Source: Diplonema japonicum (lineage: Eukaryota > Protista > Euglenozoa: Diplonemea). From it: a DNA stretch of 64,000 bases. Below are positions 33,663-44,308 of this stretch, one piece after another; position 1 is the first letter of the stretch; each line of letters begins with the position of its first letter. The stretch is from NCBI GenBank assembly GCA_964019335.1, contig OZ025686.1:248001-312000 (forward strand), written 5' to 3'. The notes below the pieces were generated by a model, which worked only from the letters and a program-made list of their open reading frames with translations, was not told the DNA's origin and ran no database searches. The position numbers and the translations under genes were made by a program.

Positions 33663-34757
33663 TCACTGTCCCTGCGACATAGATACAAGTACGTCCATGA
33701 GCTTCGGGCTTTCGGGTTCAGTCTTGTGGTTCGATGTTAACCACCGTCCGAGCCATAGGGCAGGGGATGCAGGCGGCGGGCTCACTTTAAGGAGCTCTTG
33801 GATACCTTTGTTAAGGAAGGAAGAGAGGTTGGACGAATGAAGACGCGTAACGGAGCGCAGCTGTGTGTGTGGAACGTTTTTTTTTTCTTCTTCTTTTTTT
33901 TTTCTTCTCCATACATGCTCTTCAGCTACCGTGTCAACAATACGCCCTACCTCCTGCCTCACCTTGATATCTTCGGTGTTCTGAACAATTCGTTGTCTTT
34001 TCGGTGCTTGGCTTGCTTCTTCGTGTTCCACAGGCTGTTTCCTTTTCCCCGCCTGTCGTTTCTTAGGTTCCTTCACTGGTGTATTTTTCTTGATTTCCTG
34101 AACAGTCTCCTGCAACGTCTTGTCTTTGGGTTCGGGTGCACGCTTTTTGATTTCCCGCACTGCTTCTTGAAGGGTTTTGTCCTTGGCTTCTTTGGTCACT
34201 TTTTTCGCCTTCACCGGAGTGTTTTTTTTAATCTCACGAATGGCTTCTCCAAGGGTTTTGCTGAGAGGCTCCGCCTTCACGGGTGTGTTCTTCTTGATTT
34301 CCCGCATGGTTTCTTGCAAGGTTTTGTCGAAATTCCGTTGTTGTTGTGTTGTTGTTGTTTTTTCACGGGAGCTTTTTCTTGCGCGGGTTTTCTGAGGCTT
34401 TTTCTTTTTGGATTTTCTGCACGTTTGGCTTAACGGCATATCGCTTGTAGGAGAGGGTCTTGGCTTTGCGGCAGGCTTTGCCTTCTTCACATTGTTGTTG
34501 GTTTGCTTTTTCCCTGTTTTAAGATCGAGTTCGTCACCAAATAGGTATGCATTCACCACACCGCCGGTCCCGCGTACACCGCTGATACCTGATTGGTAAC
34601 TAAGGGTAGGGGACCCTCGCCCACTTCTCGGTTGCTGCTTAAGTGACGCATGCTGCGGCCCCCCTTCCCCACAGGAGTACTACGTTTCATCTTGTTCCTT
34701 TCATCCGCGCTTTTTTTCAATCTTCCTGAAAACGCTGATTCCCCATTGGTCCGGCAT
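33663..34757 (-). CDS. Lys-rich repeat protein with C-terminal Dpy-30 motif
   Basis: SSFLNKGIQELLKVSPPPASPALWLGRWL is a Dpy-30-type motif. In-frame intron 33861-33914. Probable first intron 34680-34733 from ATG 34757 (5' model less certain). Confidence 0.65.
34060..34327 (-). repeat. Coding repeat, 4 x KTL(Q/G)E(T/A)xxEIKK(NTPVK)
   Basis: Visible in the translation and at DNA level. Confidence 0.85.
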
Positions 34758-35496
34758 TTCGCTTTTTTTTTTTTCCCTCCCCCTTCTTCCCCTCCTTCTT
34801 GTAACAGGTTTTGGACGGCGGGGTGGGGGGGTGGAGGGTGATGATTTTTTTAAATATAAAAAATCAAAGAAAAAAAAAATAATAATAAAAAAAAAAAAAA
34901 GAAAAGAAAGCAGGGATGGGGAAGTGGGAAAGAAGAAGGAAAAAAAAAAAAATGAAAAAAAAAAAAAAAAACAGGATAAGGATTTTTTTTTTCTTCTTTT
35001 TTTTTTAAGGAGTCAATGTGGAACCCGTGTCTACTCTTCTAAGTCAAAATCTTTTTTTTTTCTTGTGGAGGAATTCTCCCTCCTTTGTTTTGGCTTTTTT
35101 GTTTTTTTTTTTTTTAAAGTGGTAAAAAAAAAAAAAAATTCGAAGAGTAGGGCCTCCTCATAGACTTTCGTCTCCAAAAAAAGAGAAAAAAAAAGAAAAT
35201 GTGGGGGGGAAGATGTTGTTTTGTGCGCAAGAGCTGGGTGCAAAAAAAAAAAAAAAAGAATATATATATAATTACCTTGATCACCGTAGCTGTTCACCCT
35301 TGCAATTCTTTTTTTTTTTTTAAATTCCCCATTCCCCTAATCCTCTTCCTTCGGGGATCCTGAGGTGGGGAGAAGGGGATCCTTGCTACATCACACAAAA
35401 AGAGACTTGAGGCCTTCGATCACAAAAAAGAAGGGCTTGGCCGCTTGATGTTTCATGTGGCGGATGGCAGCCTTTGCAAGGACATTTTTTATTATT

Positions 35497-35696
35497 NNNN
35501 NNNNNNNNNNNNNNNNNNNNNNNNNNNNNNNNNNNNNNNNNNNNNNNNNNNNNNNNNNNNNNNNNNNNNNNNNNNNNNNNNNNNNNNNNNNNNNNNNNNN
35601 NNNNNNNNNNNNNNNNNNNNNNNNNNNNNNNNNNNNNNNNNNNNNNNNNNNNNNNNNNNNNNNNNNNNNNNNNNNNNNNNNNNNNNNNNNNNNNNN
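35497..35696. other. Assembly gap (200 N)
   Basis: Run of N. Confidence 1.
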
Positions 35697-36036
35697 ATAC
35701 CAGTGTCTTTCGCAGACGGTTGATGCGGTCCTTCAGGTTAGTCTTCAGCTCTCTTAGTCCGTCCTGAGTTTCTCGTGAGGCTAAGATCGGTCTCCTTGCA
35801 AAGCCTATCGCTGCCTTCCCTCCTATTGTCATGAGGGACTTCACTCTCATTTTGCCCTTCGCCGGGAAAGGCCTCTTCCTCCCTTGTATCGTGCACCTGT
35901 CGTTCATCTTTTCGATCAATTTCTTGATCCTTCGTGCCTTTTCCACCTGCGTCACTCCCAGCGATCTTCGTGTCGTCGCTTCAAAGTCTAGGGCTAACTC
36001 CCCAGATCGAACTTCACACGTTGTAGGATGTGGTGG

Positions 36037-36068
<32 letters not shown>

Positions 36069-36071
<3 letters not shown>

Positions 36072-36144
36072 TTTCGTAAATTCTCGGTCGAAATACTTCG
36101 TGTCTTTCGTATCAGCCAGGTCTGGGACCCAAGGGGCGGGTGTC

Positions 36145-36177
<33 letters not shown>

Positions 36178-37750
36178 CCAGTACCTTCCTCAACAGAAGC
36201 GCTCCAAAGTCAACATCGCTGAAAAACTGGTACCGCTGAAGCTCCTTCAACGATCTGACCCTCTTTTCCGGGTTCCTCTCCAACAGCTTTCCAAGCACCG
36301 TTCGAAGGGAAGGCGACGTGAACGACGGGAACTCCAACGGCTTCTTCAAAATCAGCTGGTACATCTGCGACACGCTCTGCGTGTAGAAGGGGGGAAGCCC
36401 ACACACCATTTCATACAAAAAAATCCCCAACGACCACCAGTCCACCGCTTGAGTGTGCCCCTTCTTTTTAATCAACTCAGGCGCCATGTACTCTGGCGTC
36501 CCGCAGAAGGTAAAAGTCGACCCTGTTACATTTACCTTCGCAAGGCCGAAATCGGTTAAAACAACGTAACCTTTAGAATCCAAGACAAGATTTTCCGGTT
36601 TCAAGTCACGATATATAACATCAAGTCCGTGAAGGTGTGATATTGCAAGAGCGATGCTTGCAGTGTAAATTTTTGAACGCTCCTCGGAGAACCGTTTTTC
36701 ACGTTGGAGGTGGAAGAACAGCTCGCCGCCGGATAGAAAATCCATCACAAACACAACCTGTTTGGAGGTTTGAAACGAAAAATGTAGAGCTACAATGAAC
36801 GGATGTGCAGCTTGCTCCAGTATCTCCCTCTCCGCGTTCGTGTGGTTCACCATTTTGTTGCGTACGACTTGGTCTTTGTTCAGAACTTTCATGGCGTAGT
36901 GCTTCCCCGTGGCGTTGTGCTTCACTTTCAAAACCTTGCCGAAGCTCCCTATACCAACCACGCATTCCATTGAAAAATCTCGAAGCCCGACATCGGCCAC
37001 TGTGACATTCGAACTGAATGTTAAAACAGACTTCTCGGAATCGTCGAGAATCCCATCGATAAGCCCTGTTTGCCGTGCCTTTCCTGTGATCTGTTCCAAC
37101 ACCAATTTCCAATGTACTAGATCCGAAGGGGTCTCTGCTGATATTACGTACGTTCTTGGTAGGTCGGGGCCTATTATGCAGAACGAGTTTGGGTATATTT
37201 CACAGTCTACTAGCTTTGCTGTTTTCAAAGGAATCTTGCCCTTTCTCGTACCGCCTAGTTTTTCATAATACTCAAGATCGGTGTTTTCTACCTTGAACCA
37301 TCTAAGTTTGAATGGGTCTCGCAAAGCGATGGTTTTGGCTCCTAATTTTCTGAGATACCCGCCGCCTCCGAACAAACCCATAAACCCTAGAAATTCCGGT
37401 GTGACCACCAAGTTCGGTCGTTCTTTGATTCGTTCCATTAGATTTTCTAAGCCTTTCCGCCGGTCTTCGATAAAATTGGTGTTGAAGCGCCCGAAGGCTT
37501 GTTTTCCAGGGATGCCGGGCAGGTTCGCCTCGCTGCCCCCTATGGATTTCAGCATTTTGTACAGTTCGTTGAACTCGCGGTATCTACGTTTTATGCAGTG
37601 TAACTCCTCGGGTTTTGTTTTTGCGACCAGTACCACACGGTACCTCACACACTCCCCCACCCTCACAGGGTCTTGCACTAAAATGTCCATGGAATGCCAT
37701 GGAGGCAGGATGTTCTCAGGAGAGTTTGCCGGGGCGCGAGCGAAGGCCAT
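36069..37750 (-). CDS. PX-PH-AGC (SGK/Akt-like) protein kinase; last exon not located
   Basis: PX (KRRYREFNELY...PGK...IEDRRKGLE), PH (KLRWF...GKIPL...W) and kinase (GIGSFG, YRDLKPEN, DFG, TFCGTPEY). Intron 36144-36184 restores the AGC tail TPAPWVPDLADTKDTKYFDREFTKQ. A further GT donor lies at 36068. Confidence 0.88.
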
Positions 37751-37784
37751 TTGCTCATTTACCCTTTCCCCACCCGGACCACGA

Positions 37785-37819
<35 letters not shown>

Positions 37820-37928
37820 GGAAATGAACAGAAAAAAAAATTTTTTTTTTCTTTTTTTGAACAAAAAAGAGAGGGATATAAAAACTGGAAAGTTTTTTTT
37901 TTTTTTCCTTCTTTTTTTTTTTTTTTTT

Positions 37929-39047
37929 TCACCTTGTGACTTTTTGAAACTTGTCGAAAAACTGTTCGCCGATTTCCGGTGCGTAAAGGTTGCGTTTCTC
38001 TCCTTCGGCGACTGCCCTCTCCGCGGTTTGTGTTTGCCGCTCCTTGTTCAGGGCAATCAAGGCGTTTCTTTTTTCCTGCTTCACAGCGGCCTCCAAGAAC
38101 AGACCCATCTCCTGTTCCTTACGCTGTCTCGAGGCCTCGATAAACTTCTCCTCCTCCTCCCGGATCTTTTTTTGACGAAGCTCCTCGAGGCCCTGGGCTT
38201 GCTGCTGTCTAATGTGGTTCATCTCGGCCGGAGTAAGCCCTTTCTTATCCTCCTTCTTCCCTGAGGACCGCTCGTTGAGGATATCGCTGTCCAGCATGTT
38301 CTGGATCTCTTGTAGATTCTTCGCAGACTCGTGGGACTTGGCGGCATCTTTTTCCATTCTTTTCTGCTGGGCTAATTTTTTATTGAATGCGGCGGTAGAA
38401 CGTATCGCCTCTTGTTTCTGCTGTTGGTTCAGACGTTGGATTGCCCAAGCTTTCTGGGCAATTTCTTCGTCCCTTGCATTCCAATTGCGGTCACGCTCTG
38501 CCTCTGCCGCCTTCAAAACGGTTTTCTCTTGAATTTGATGCTGCAGCCAAGCAGTTTGCTCACTAGCTTGAACTAGCTTCCTCGTTATTTTACCCGGGTC
38601 CTCTCCCGAGAATTTTTGCAGGCCGCTTAATGTGTTCCTGGGATCGTTGTCGCCAATCCTTGCAGGGAGATCCTTTTGCAGCCTTTTGGGATCGCTGAGG
38701 TCGTACTCTAGTCTCGTGCAAGGCTTTTGATATGTCTTTCTGTAGTTTTCTACGTCCTTTTCCTTCTGTCTTCGTATGTCAGCGCTCTCCATCTCCAAGG
38801 CCATCGCGTGTTTGTCTTGCAGGATCATTCTCTTGTCCATCCACTCCTCTCTTTGTTCGTCCAGTTTCTTTATGGCGACGCTCTCGTCCACTTGTTCGTC
38901 CAATCTTTGCTTGTCCACCCCTATCGTTCTTGCCTTCGGGTCGAAAATCCTTTTCGCACGTTCCCCCTCCAACGCTGCCCGTGTCACTTCACAATGCGGG
39001 CGCTCCCCTTGCGGAAGGGCCGAGAACGGGCATGTCAATCTCATCAT
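37929..39047 (-). CDS. RIB43A: RIB43A-like axonemal microtubule inner protein
   Basis: RIFDPKARTIGVD, EYDLSDP, PARIGDNDPR, SGLQKFSGED, KGLTP and C-terminal FFDKFQKVTR. Confidence 0.9.
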   Translation of the reverse strand: MMRLTCPFSALPQGERPHCEVTRAALEGERAKRIFDPKARTIGVDKQRLDEQVDESVAIKKLDEQREEWMDKRMILQDKHAMALEMESADIRRQKEKDVENYRKTYQKPCTRLEYDLSDPKRLQKDLPARIGDNDPRNTLSGLQKFSGEDPGKITRKLVQASEQTAWLQHQIQEKTVLKAAEAERDRNWNARDEEIAQKAWAIQRLNQQQKQEAIRSTAAFNKKLAQQKRMEKDAAKSHESAKNLQEIQNMLDSDILNERSSGKKEDKKGLTPAEMNHIRQQQAQGLEELRQKKIREEEEKFIEASRQRKEQEMGLFLEAAVKQEKRNALIALNKERQTQTAERAVAEGEKRNLYAPEIGEQFFDKFQKVTR

Positions 39048-39269
39048 TTCTTTTTTTTTTAATTGTAAACTTGTTTTTTTCTTTTCTGGATTGAAAAGAC
39101 TGGAGGGGGAAAGAAGGGGAAACGGTACTAAAAAAGTTAGGCGAGGAGAAGAAAAGGAAAACTGCCAGACCCATGGGTACAATTACCAGGGTATGGTACG
39201 GGAAAGGGAAGAAGGTGACTTCCGGATGCCCGTCTTTGATGGCTGAAGGTTGCATTGGGATCAACAGCC

Positions 39270-39323
39270 CAGGGCGGGCAGACAGGGCGGGCAGGACAGG
39301 GTGGGCAGGACAGGGCGGGCAGG
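39270..39323 (+). repeat. 4 x ~14-bp G-rich tandem repeat CAGGG(C/T)GGGCAG(G)A
   Basis: Direct reading; eight G3 tracts just downstream of the RAD9 stop. Confidence 0.85.
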
Positions 39324-39344
39324 TGCGACGACACTTCTCTCGCT

Positions 39345-40835
39345 TCATTCATACCGCGGAGGGCTGACGGAAGCCTCAAGGAACTCCTCCTCGTCATTGG
39401 CCAGTCGGTACCCGCCTGGCTGTGTTGTGTACTGGGAGACGTCCACCTGTGTAGGGTATCTTTCTGGCTGCCAAGCAGGGTTGGACGCAGAAGGGGACGG
39501 CTGCTGCGCGTGCTGCATAGGAGAAGGCTGCTGCATCTGCTGCATAGGAGAAGGCTGCATCTGCATCTGCGCCGGCGAAGGCTGCTGCATCTGCTGAACC
39601 GGCGAAGGCTGCATCTGCATCTGCTGCACTGGGGAAGGTACCCCAGCGTGCATAGGCGAAGGCACAGGCGACGAGACAGGCTCTAGTTTAGGCCGCTTGT
39701 TCAACGGCTCCGAAAAAGGCGTCTGCGCCACCAGCTGCACAGACTGCACACTAGTGTCGCTCATGTTCAGGTACCTCGTCGGCGACGGATCAACACCCAC
39801 AGCAGTGCCCAAAGGCGTCCTTGTGGTGGGCACATTGTTTCCGCCTGTGGGGTGCTGCTGCGGGACACCACTGATCCGGACACCGCCGGGCGTGTCTTTG
39901 GTAGTTTTACAAGATTGGATGGAAGGTTGCGGTGTGCCTTGGTGCGGGGTGACTTTGATCATTTGTGTGTTTGCGGCAGGGTCCTCAGGGGGGTCCGCCT
40001 CCCAAGCCGACACAAGCATGGCCGCTTTGAAGTGCGGCTCACGGGACTGCGGGTCAACGTCGACACCTTCGAATTCAAGCAAAACAGGTGCTCTGTCACC
40101 GTCAAAGGAGATCACACTGTCCAAGCCGCATCCGTCGGCAAGGGAGAGAAACGAGCGGAAGTACCGTTGCTCGAAGATTTTGATACCTATTTCACCGTCG
40201 TACTCGTAGGCGATGAGGTCGTTGACACTGAGGGAGATGGAGGTGCCTCCGACACGCTCGACAGCTAAAGTGTCCGTAGACAGCGAAAGACGTTGGTCTG
40301 CAGGCATCAGTTGAATATTTTCGCATTTGTGGGAAACGTTATTGCATGCTTCGGATAACTGCCCGGGTTTCGCTCTGAACCTGCAACTTGTCATAGCATC
40401 TGCCTCTGCTTTGTCTGACAGCTCTTGGCTGAAGTTCAAGGAATAAGTTTTCACGATGCCCTCGTACGTAGTGTTGCACCTGAAGATCAACCTGTCTGAC
40501 TTTTCCAAGGTTTCCATCCGTATGGAAGTGATGGTAGACTGGCTCTTGAACACTGCGCCTACGTATTTTGTGGACAGTCTTAAGTTTATCTCAGGTTCGG
40601 TCAGTCTCTCCATGGAATCGTCTATCATTATGTCTGAGAAAAATCCCTTCCCAAAGGTGACCGCCATGTGTACGGTCCTCAATGAGTTCACAGCCCGAAA
40701 CACGCACCCGTTTTTGCTGGGCTCGATAAAAAAATCATCGTTTATTTTCGCCATGCAAGCAACAACCTTCGCAACAATTTTGACTTTGTTCTGAGGGATG
40801 TCCATCCTTATGTGAGGCACCGGGCATTCTGGCAT
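39345..40835 (-). CDS. RAD9: Rad9 subunit of the 9-1-1 checkpoint clamp
   Basis: KVVACMAKINDDFFIEP...FRAVNS...FF matches the Rad9 N-terminus; PCNA-like fold ending ISFDGDRAPVLL; long disordered tail. Confidence 0.8.
   Translation of the reverse strand: MPECPVPHIRMDIPQNKVKIVAKVVACMAKINDDFFIEPSKNGCVFRAVNSLRTVHMAVTFGKGFFSDIMIDDSMERLTEPEINLRLSTKYVGAVFKSQSTITSIRMETLEKSDRLIFRCNTTYEGIVKTYSLNFSQELSDKAEADAMTSCRFRAKPGQLSEACNNVSHKCENIQLMPADQRLSLSTDTLAVERVGGTSISLSVNDLIAYEYDGEIGIKIFEQRYFRSFLSLADGCGLDSVISFDGDRAPVLLEFEGVDVDPQSREPHFKAAMLVSAWEADPPEDPAANTQMIKVTPHQGTPQPSIQSCKTTKDTPGGVRISGVPQQHPTGGNNVPTTRTPLGTAVGVDPSPTRYLNMSDTSVQSVQLVAQTPFSEPLNKRPKLEPVSSPVPSPMHAGVPSPVQQMQMQPSPVQQMQQPSPAQMQMQPSPMQQMQQPSPMQHAQQPSPSASNPAWQPERYPTQVDVSQYTTQPGGYRLANDEEEFLEASVSPPRYE
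39493..39680 (-). repeat. Coding minisatellite (QPSPxQQMQ)n in the Rad9 tail
   Basis: Seven PSP units in the translation; repeated GGCGAAGGCTGC...ATCTGC on the plus strand. Confidence 0.85.
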
Positions 40836-41678
40836 TTTTTTTTTTTTTTTTTTGTATTGTTTTGTTTTCTTTCTCCCCCTATTCTTTTTTTTTTTTTTTT
40901 TAAATCGAGCGAAGAATGGGAGACAAAAAAATGTTTTTTTTTATTTTATTTCCTTCCTTCCACGGAGGGGAGAGTTTTTGATGACGCAATGTGCTGCAGA
41001 CAGGGTTTACATCCTCCTCCTTGTTCCTAAGTCGACATTGAGAAGAAAAAGAGACAAAAAAAAAAGAGAAAAAAAAAAAAGAACTAACATGAAGATTCAA
41101 CCCTAGCAACTTAACACCAGGGGGGGAGAAGAAGAAGAGAAAAAAAAAAGTGGAACACGGTTTCCAACGTTCCCCCCCTTTATCCCTACACATCTACCCT
41201 AAAAAAGAAGAAATATCGGCATAGTTGGTTTTCATTTTTTTTTCTCTCTCTTTCTTTTGTATAAAAACAAGTGACCATATCCCCCTCTCCGTTCTTTCTT
41301 CTATAATGAAAAAAAAAAAATATAAAAATAAAAAATAGCGCCCTATAACTCTAAACACAGAAAATTGTTTTTTTCCCCCCCTCAAATAAAAAAACAATGG
41401 CTGCAAGGAAACTCGTTTCGCGACTATCGTCCATACTATCATCAACGATTAAAACACCCAGTTTTGTCTTCTTTTTTTCTTTCCCTCGACAAATAGATTT
41501 TTTAATGCATTTTTTCCGGGGGGGGAAAATAAAATAAAAAAGGGTTTTTTTTTTTTTTTTTTTTTTTTTTTTGGAGGATGTTCCCCCTCTATACACTAGT
41601 ATCCTAGCGGGGCGTGAAAAGAAAAGAAAAAAAAATTGTGCACCCACTAACTATTTTACGCTTGCACTCATTTCCTTA

Positions 41679-44048
41679 TCATATGCTTGCCCTCCCCGAT
41701 GACAGTGAACTGTCCAGCGCCTGCACAGTGATGATACAAGTGGCGTCCTCTTGCTGGCGCTTACCAGGAAATTTTGAACCCTCTACCAAGAGGGGTGTGG
41801 ATAATGCTTCATCTAAGGGGGTTGTGATGGCAAGCCTGGCCAGCTCCGACCCTTCAAACGTCTTTGATGCCCTGTTCGAAGCCCTCACAGTACGCCGCCT
41901 TCCTATTTTAATGTCGTAGAAGTAAATCATGACGTCAGTGATTGTCTTCACGAGCACCATAAAAAAACACAACATCAGTAGCTTACCAGCAATGTGGTAT
42001 AACACAGTTGTGGTCGACGAAAAGGCAATTCCAATTGTCATCAAAATAACGGCCAAGGCCATGAACCCAGCGATAAGGCCCGACCACACATTGTCAAGAG
42101 GGCTTTCATACGGCCGTTTGTAGCAGAGGATACAGAAGAAAATCACCAACACAAAACTTATCAAAGCGTTTCTGATGTTACATTCCGTGGTACTCGTGGG
42201 CACCCATGCGGAACCAATGGACAGAAGCACCATTTCCATCAGCTCAAAGGGACCGAACCAGGTGCAGTCCTCTTTGTACGTCTCGAAGATGTTGCCGTAC
42301 TTTTCCGCGTGGTACCCCTTGCCGCGGGAGACCCAGATGTGGCTTCCAAACAGAAATATGTACAGTCGTTTCTTCCATCCGGTGAGGGGTTTGATCGTGT
42401 CATCGGTGAGATTCACCGACGACCGCCCTGTACGAGGGTCGATGACTTGCATTGATTTATCCGTTCGTAGGACTTTCACGTATATGACAGGTGGGACCGC
42501 CATGCAAACAGCGAGCCCTATCAAACCGGGGCCTGTGTGGGACATGGAAGAGTGGAACGCTAGTTTTGCGCAGACTAGAGACGTGCCTTGCATTAAGAAC
42601 AAGACTGATACATATGCAAACCCAGGTGCTCTTGCAAGGCCCAAGGCCTCATCCCACACCATGTCCGAGCATGCTTTGAAGAGCGCGGCAACTGTTAGGG
42701 TAAGGCACAGTGAGGCGAGGACGATTGAAGGGTTCATGAAGTATGCGGCCATCAGGTATTTTTGCCGTGTGCTGCCGACGGGGAACGTTGACGGGTGGAA
42801 CTCGAAATCCAGCTGCTCGTCTTCCTCGAGGTCGAGGTCCTCCACGTTGCAGAAGAAGTTCCGCAGTAACGCAAGCTTCCCCGTGTTCGCCAGCCCGCTC
42901 CCGCCGGCGCCCGTTATCGCGCTGACGGCCCCCACGCCCACTACCGCCTTCGAGACGTCCTCCGTGAGCTCTTTTTCCTTCTCGCTAACGGGCAGTTTTG
43001 GTTTTTTCTTCTCATCTATTATCGTCGTTGTGATAGAAGGCCCGACCGCCTTATTTAAAACCGTCTGAGTCACGGTTTGTTGCCTTTCTTCTGTTAAAGA
43101 AATAGTCGCTGTGACGGTAGACGTGACAGGAAGTGAGAGCGTCGCTGTGAGCGAAGCCGTTTCGGTGGCTGTAAAAGACAGCGTAGGGGTCAAGGTAGGA
43201 GTAGAAGTAGGGGTGGGGAGTGGGAGGGGCGTGACGCAGCTAGGAACAACCGGATCAAAATCAGGCCCGAGACACTTAACACCGCGAAGAGGGTCACCGG
43301 GGCACTTGATTCCACAGGTCTGACCCTTTGCAGCAGGGAGCGTGCAGTTGAACACAGCAGGGGGCACCATAGTTGGGGCCTTGACACAAGTATTGCTATT
43401 TGCATAGTCAATGAGGTTCTGATCGCACGCATTAGGAGCGCATTTAACAGAAACAGGGCCAACAAGGGTGCCTGTAGCACATGCTCCTGGACCGAGCATG
43501 TTCTCACATTTGACCATGCATGTGTTAGGCGAGGCATGGCGGCCGCCAGGACATTTCATTTCAAATGGCGAGCAACCTTTCCAGCATGTCATAGCGCAGT
43601 CTTGGGAGCACGACACGGAGAGGCCTGCGCAGGAACCGTCTGCGGTGCAGAGGATTCTGCATTTATCGGCTCGACCGCAGTTCATGGTTACGTCTTTGCA
43701 GGCATTGGGTGCTTGGCAGATCAGGGAGCATTCGCCTGCTTCGCAGTCTACTGTTGTGTTGGAGCACGCACCGTCGGAGTTGCACCGTATCACAACTTCG
43801 TTGGGTTTTCCTTGTGTTTTGATGGTTGCGTCTTTGCAGCTGTTTGTAGCTTGGCAGACTATCTCGCAGTCGCGGTCGCCGGCACATTGAAGCGTGCTGC
43901 CCTCGCATTCGTTGGCGGACAGGTTGCAGTTCAAATCGCACTTTTCCCCCTGCATCACCCCACTGCAGTCACACACTTTCTTATTCGCGCATGGCACATC
44001 CGTCAGCTGCACCGACGCAATCAAACATGCTGTTATCAACCATCGCAT
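41679..44048 (-). CDS. Cys-rich surface protein with Thr-rich stalk and multi-TM C-terminus (DGF-1/bodonin-like)
   Basis: Signal peptide, repeated CxxxxxC units, TPTLTPTLSFTAT stalk, C...LDFEFHP motif, then ~7-8 TM helices with YGNIFETY and RPY motifs. Confidence 0.75.
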   Translation of the reverse strand: MRWLITACLIASVQLTDVPCANKKVCDCSGVMQGEKCDLNCNLSANECEGSTLQCAGDRDCEIVCQATNSCKDATIKTQGKPNEVVIRCNSDGACSNTTVDCEAGECSLICQAPNACKDVTMNCGRADKCRILCTADGSCAGLSVSCSQDCAMTCWKGCSPFEMKCPGGRHASPNTCMVKCENMLGPGACATGTLVGPVSVKCAPNACDQNLIDYANSNTCVKAPTMVPPAVFNCTLPAAKGQTCGIKCPGDPLRGVKCLGPDFDPVVPSCVTPLPLPTPTSTPTLTPTLSFTATETASLTATLSLPVTSTVTATISLTEERQQTVTQTVLNKAVGPSITTTIIDEKKKPKLPVSEKEKELTEDVSKAVVGVGAVSAITGAGGSGLANTGKLALLRNFFCNVEDLDLEEDEQLDFEFHPSTFPVGSTRQKYLMAAYFMNPSIVLASLCLTLTVAALFKACSDMVWDEALGLARAPGFAYVSVLFLMQGTSLVCAKLAFHSSMSHTGPGLIGLAVCMAVPPVIYVKVLRTDKSMQVIDPRTGRSSVNLTDDTIKPLTGWKKRLYIFLFGSHIWVSRGKGYHAEKYGNIFETYKEDCTWFGPFELMEMVLLSIGSAWVPTSTTECNIRNALISFVLVIFFCILCYKRPYESPLDNVWSGLIAGFMALAVILMTIGIAFSSTTTVLYHIAGKLLMLCFFMVLVKTITDVMIYFYDIKIGRRRTVRASNRASKTFEGSELARLAITTPLDEALSTPLLVEGSKFPGKRQQEDATCIITVQALDSSLSSGRASI

Positions 44049-44308
44049 TGTATCATAGTGTCATGGATGGCTGCGTGGTGGGTGGGTGTGACAACAGAAT
44101 AGGGGGGGGGGGTGTTTTTGTCTCGGAAAGAACACTAGAAACCATATAGAGTGGAGGAAAAAAAAAGAAGAAGAAGAGAACGGATGGGACAGCAACTTTT
44201 TTGTTTTCTTTCTTTTTTTTTTTTTTTCTTTTTTTCTTTTACCTTCCCTCCCCTCCCCTAACCTCTTTTCGAAACACTCTTTTTTTTTTCTTTTCTTAAA
44301 GTAAAAGT

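Noticed and set aside
35697-36067. Plus-strand LINE 3' end with a poly(A) tail
   Set aside because: No plus-strand RT-like ORF or TSD, and A/T runs are ubiquitous here, so the tail is not diagnostic.
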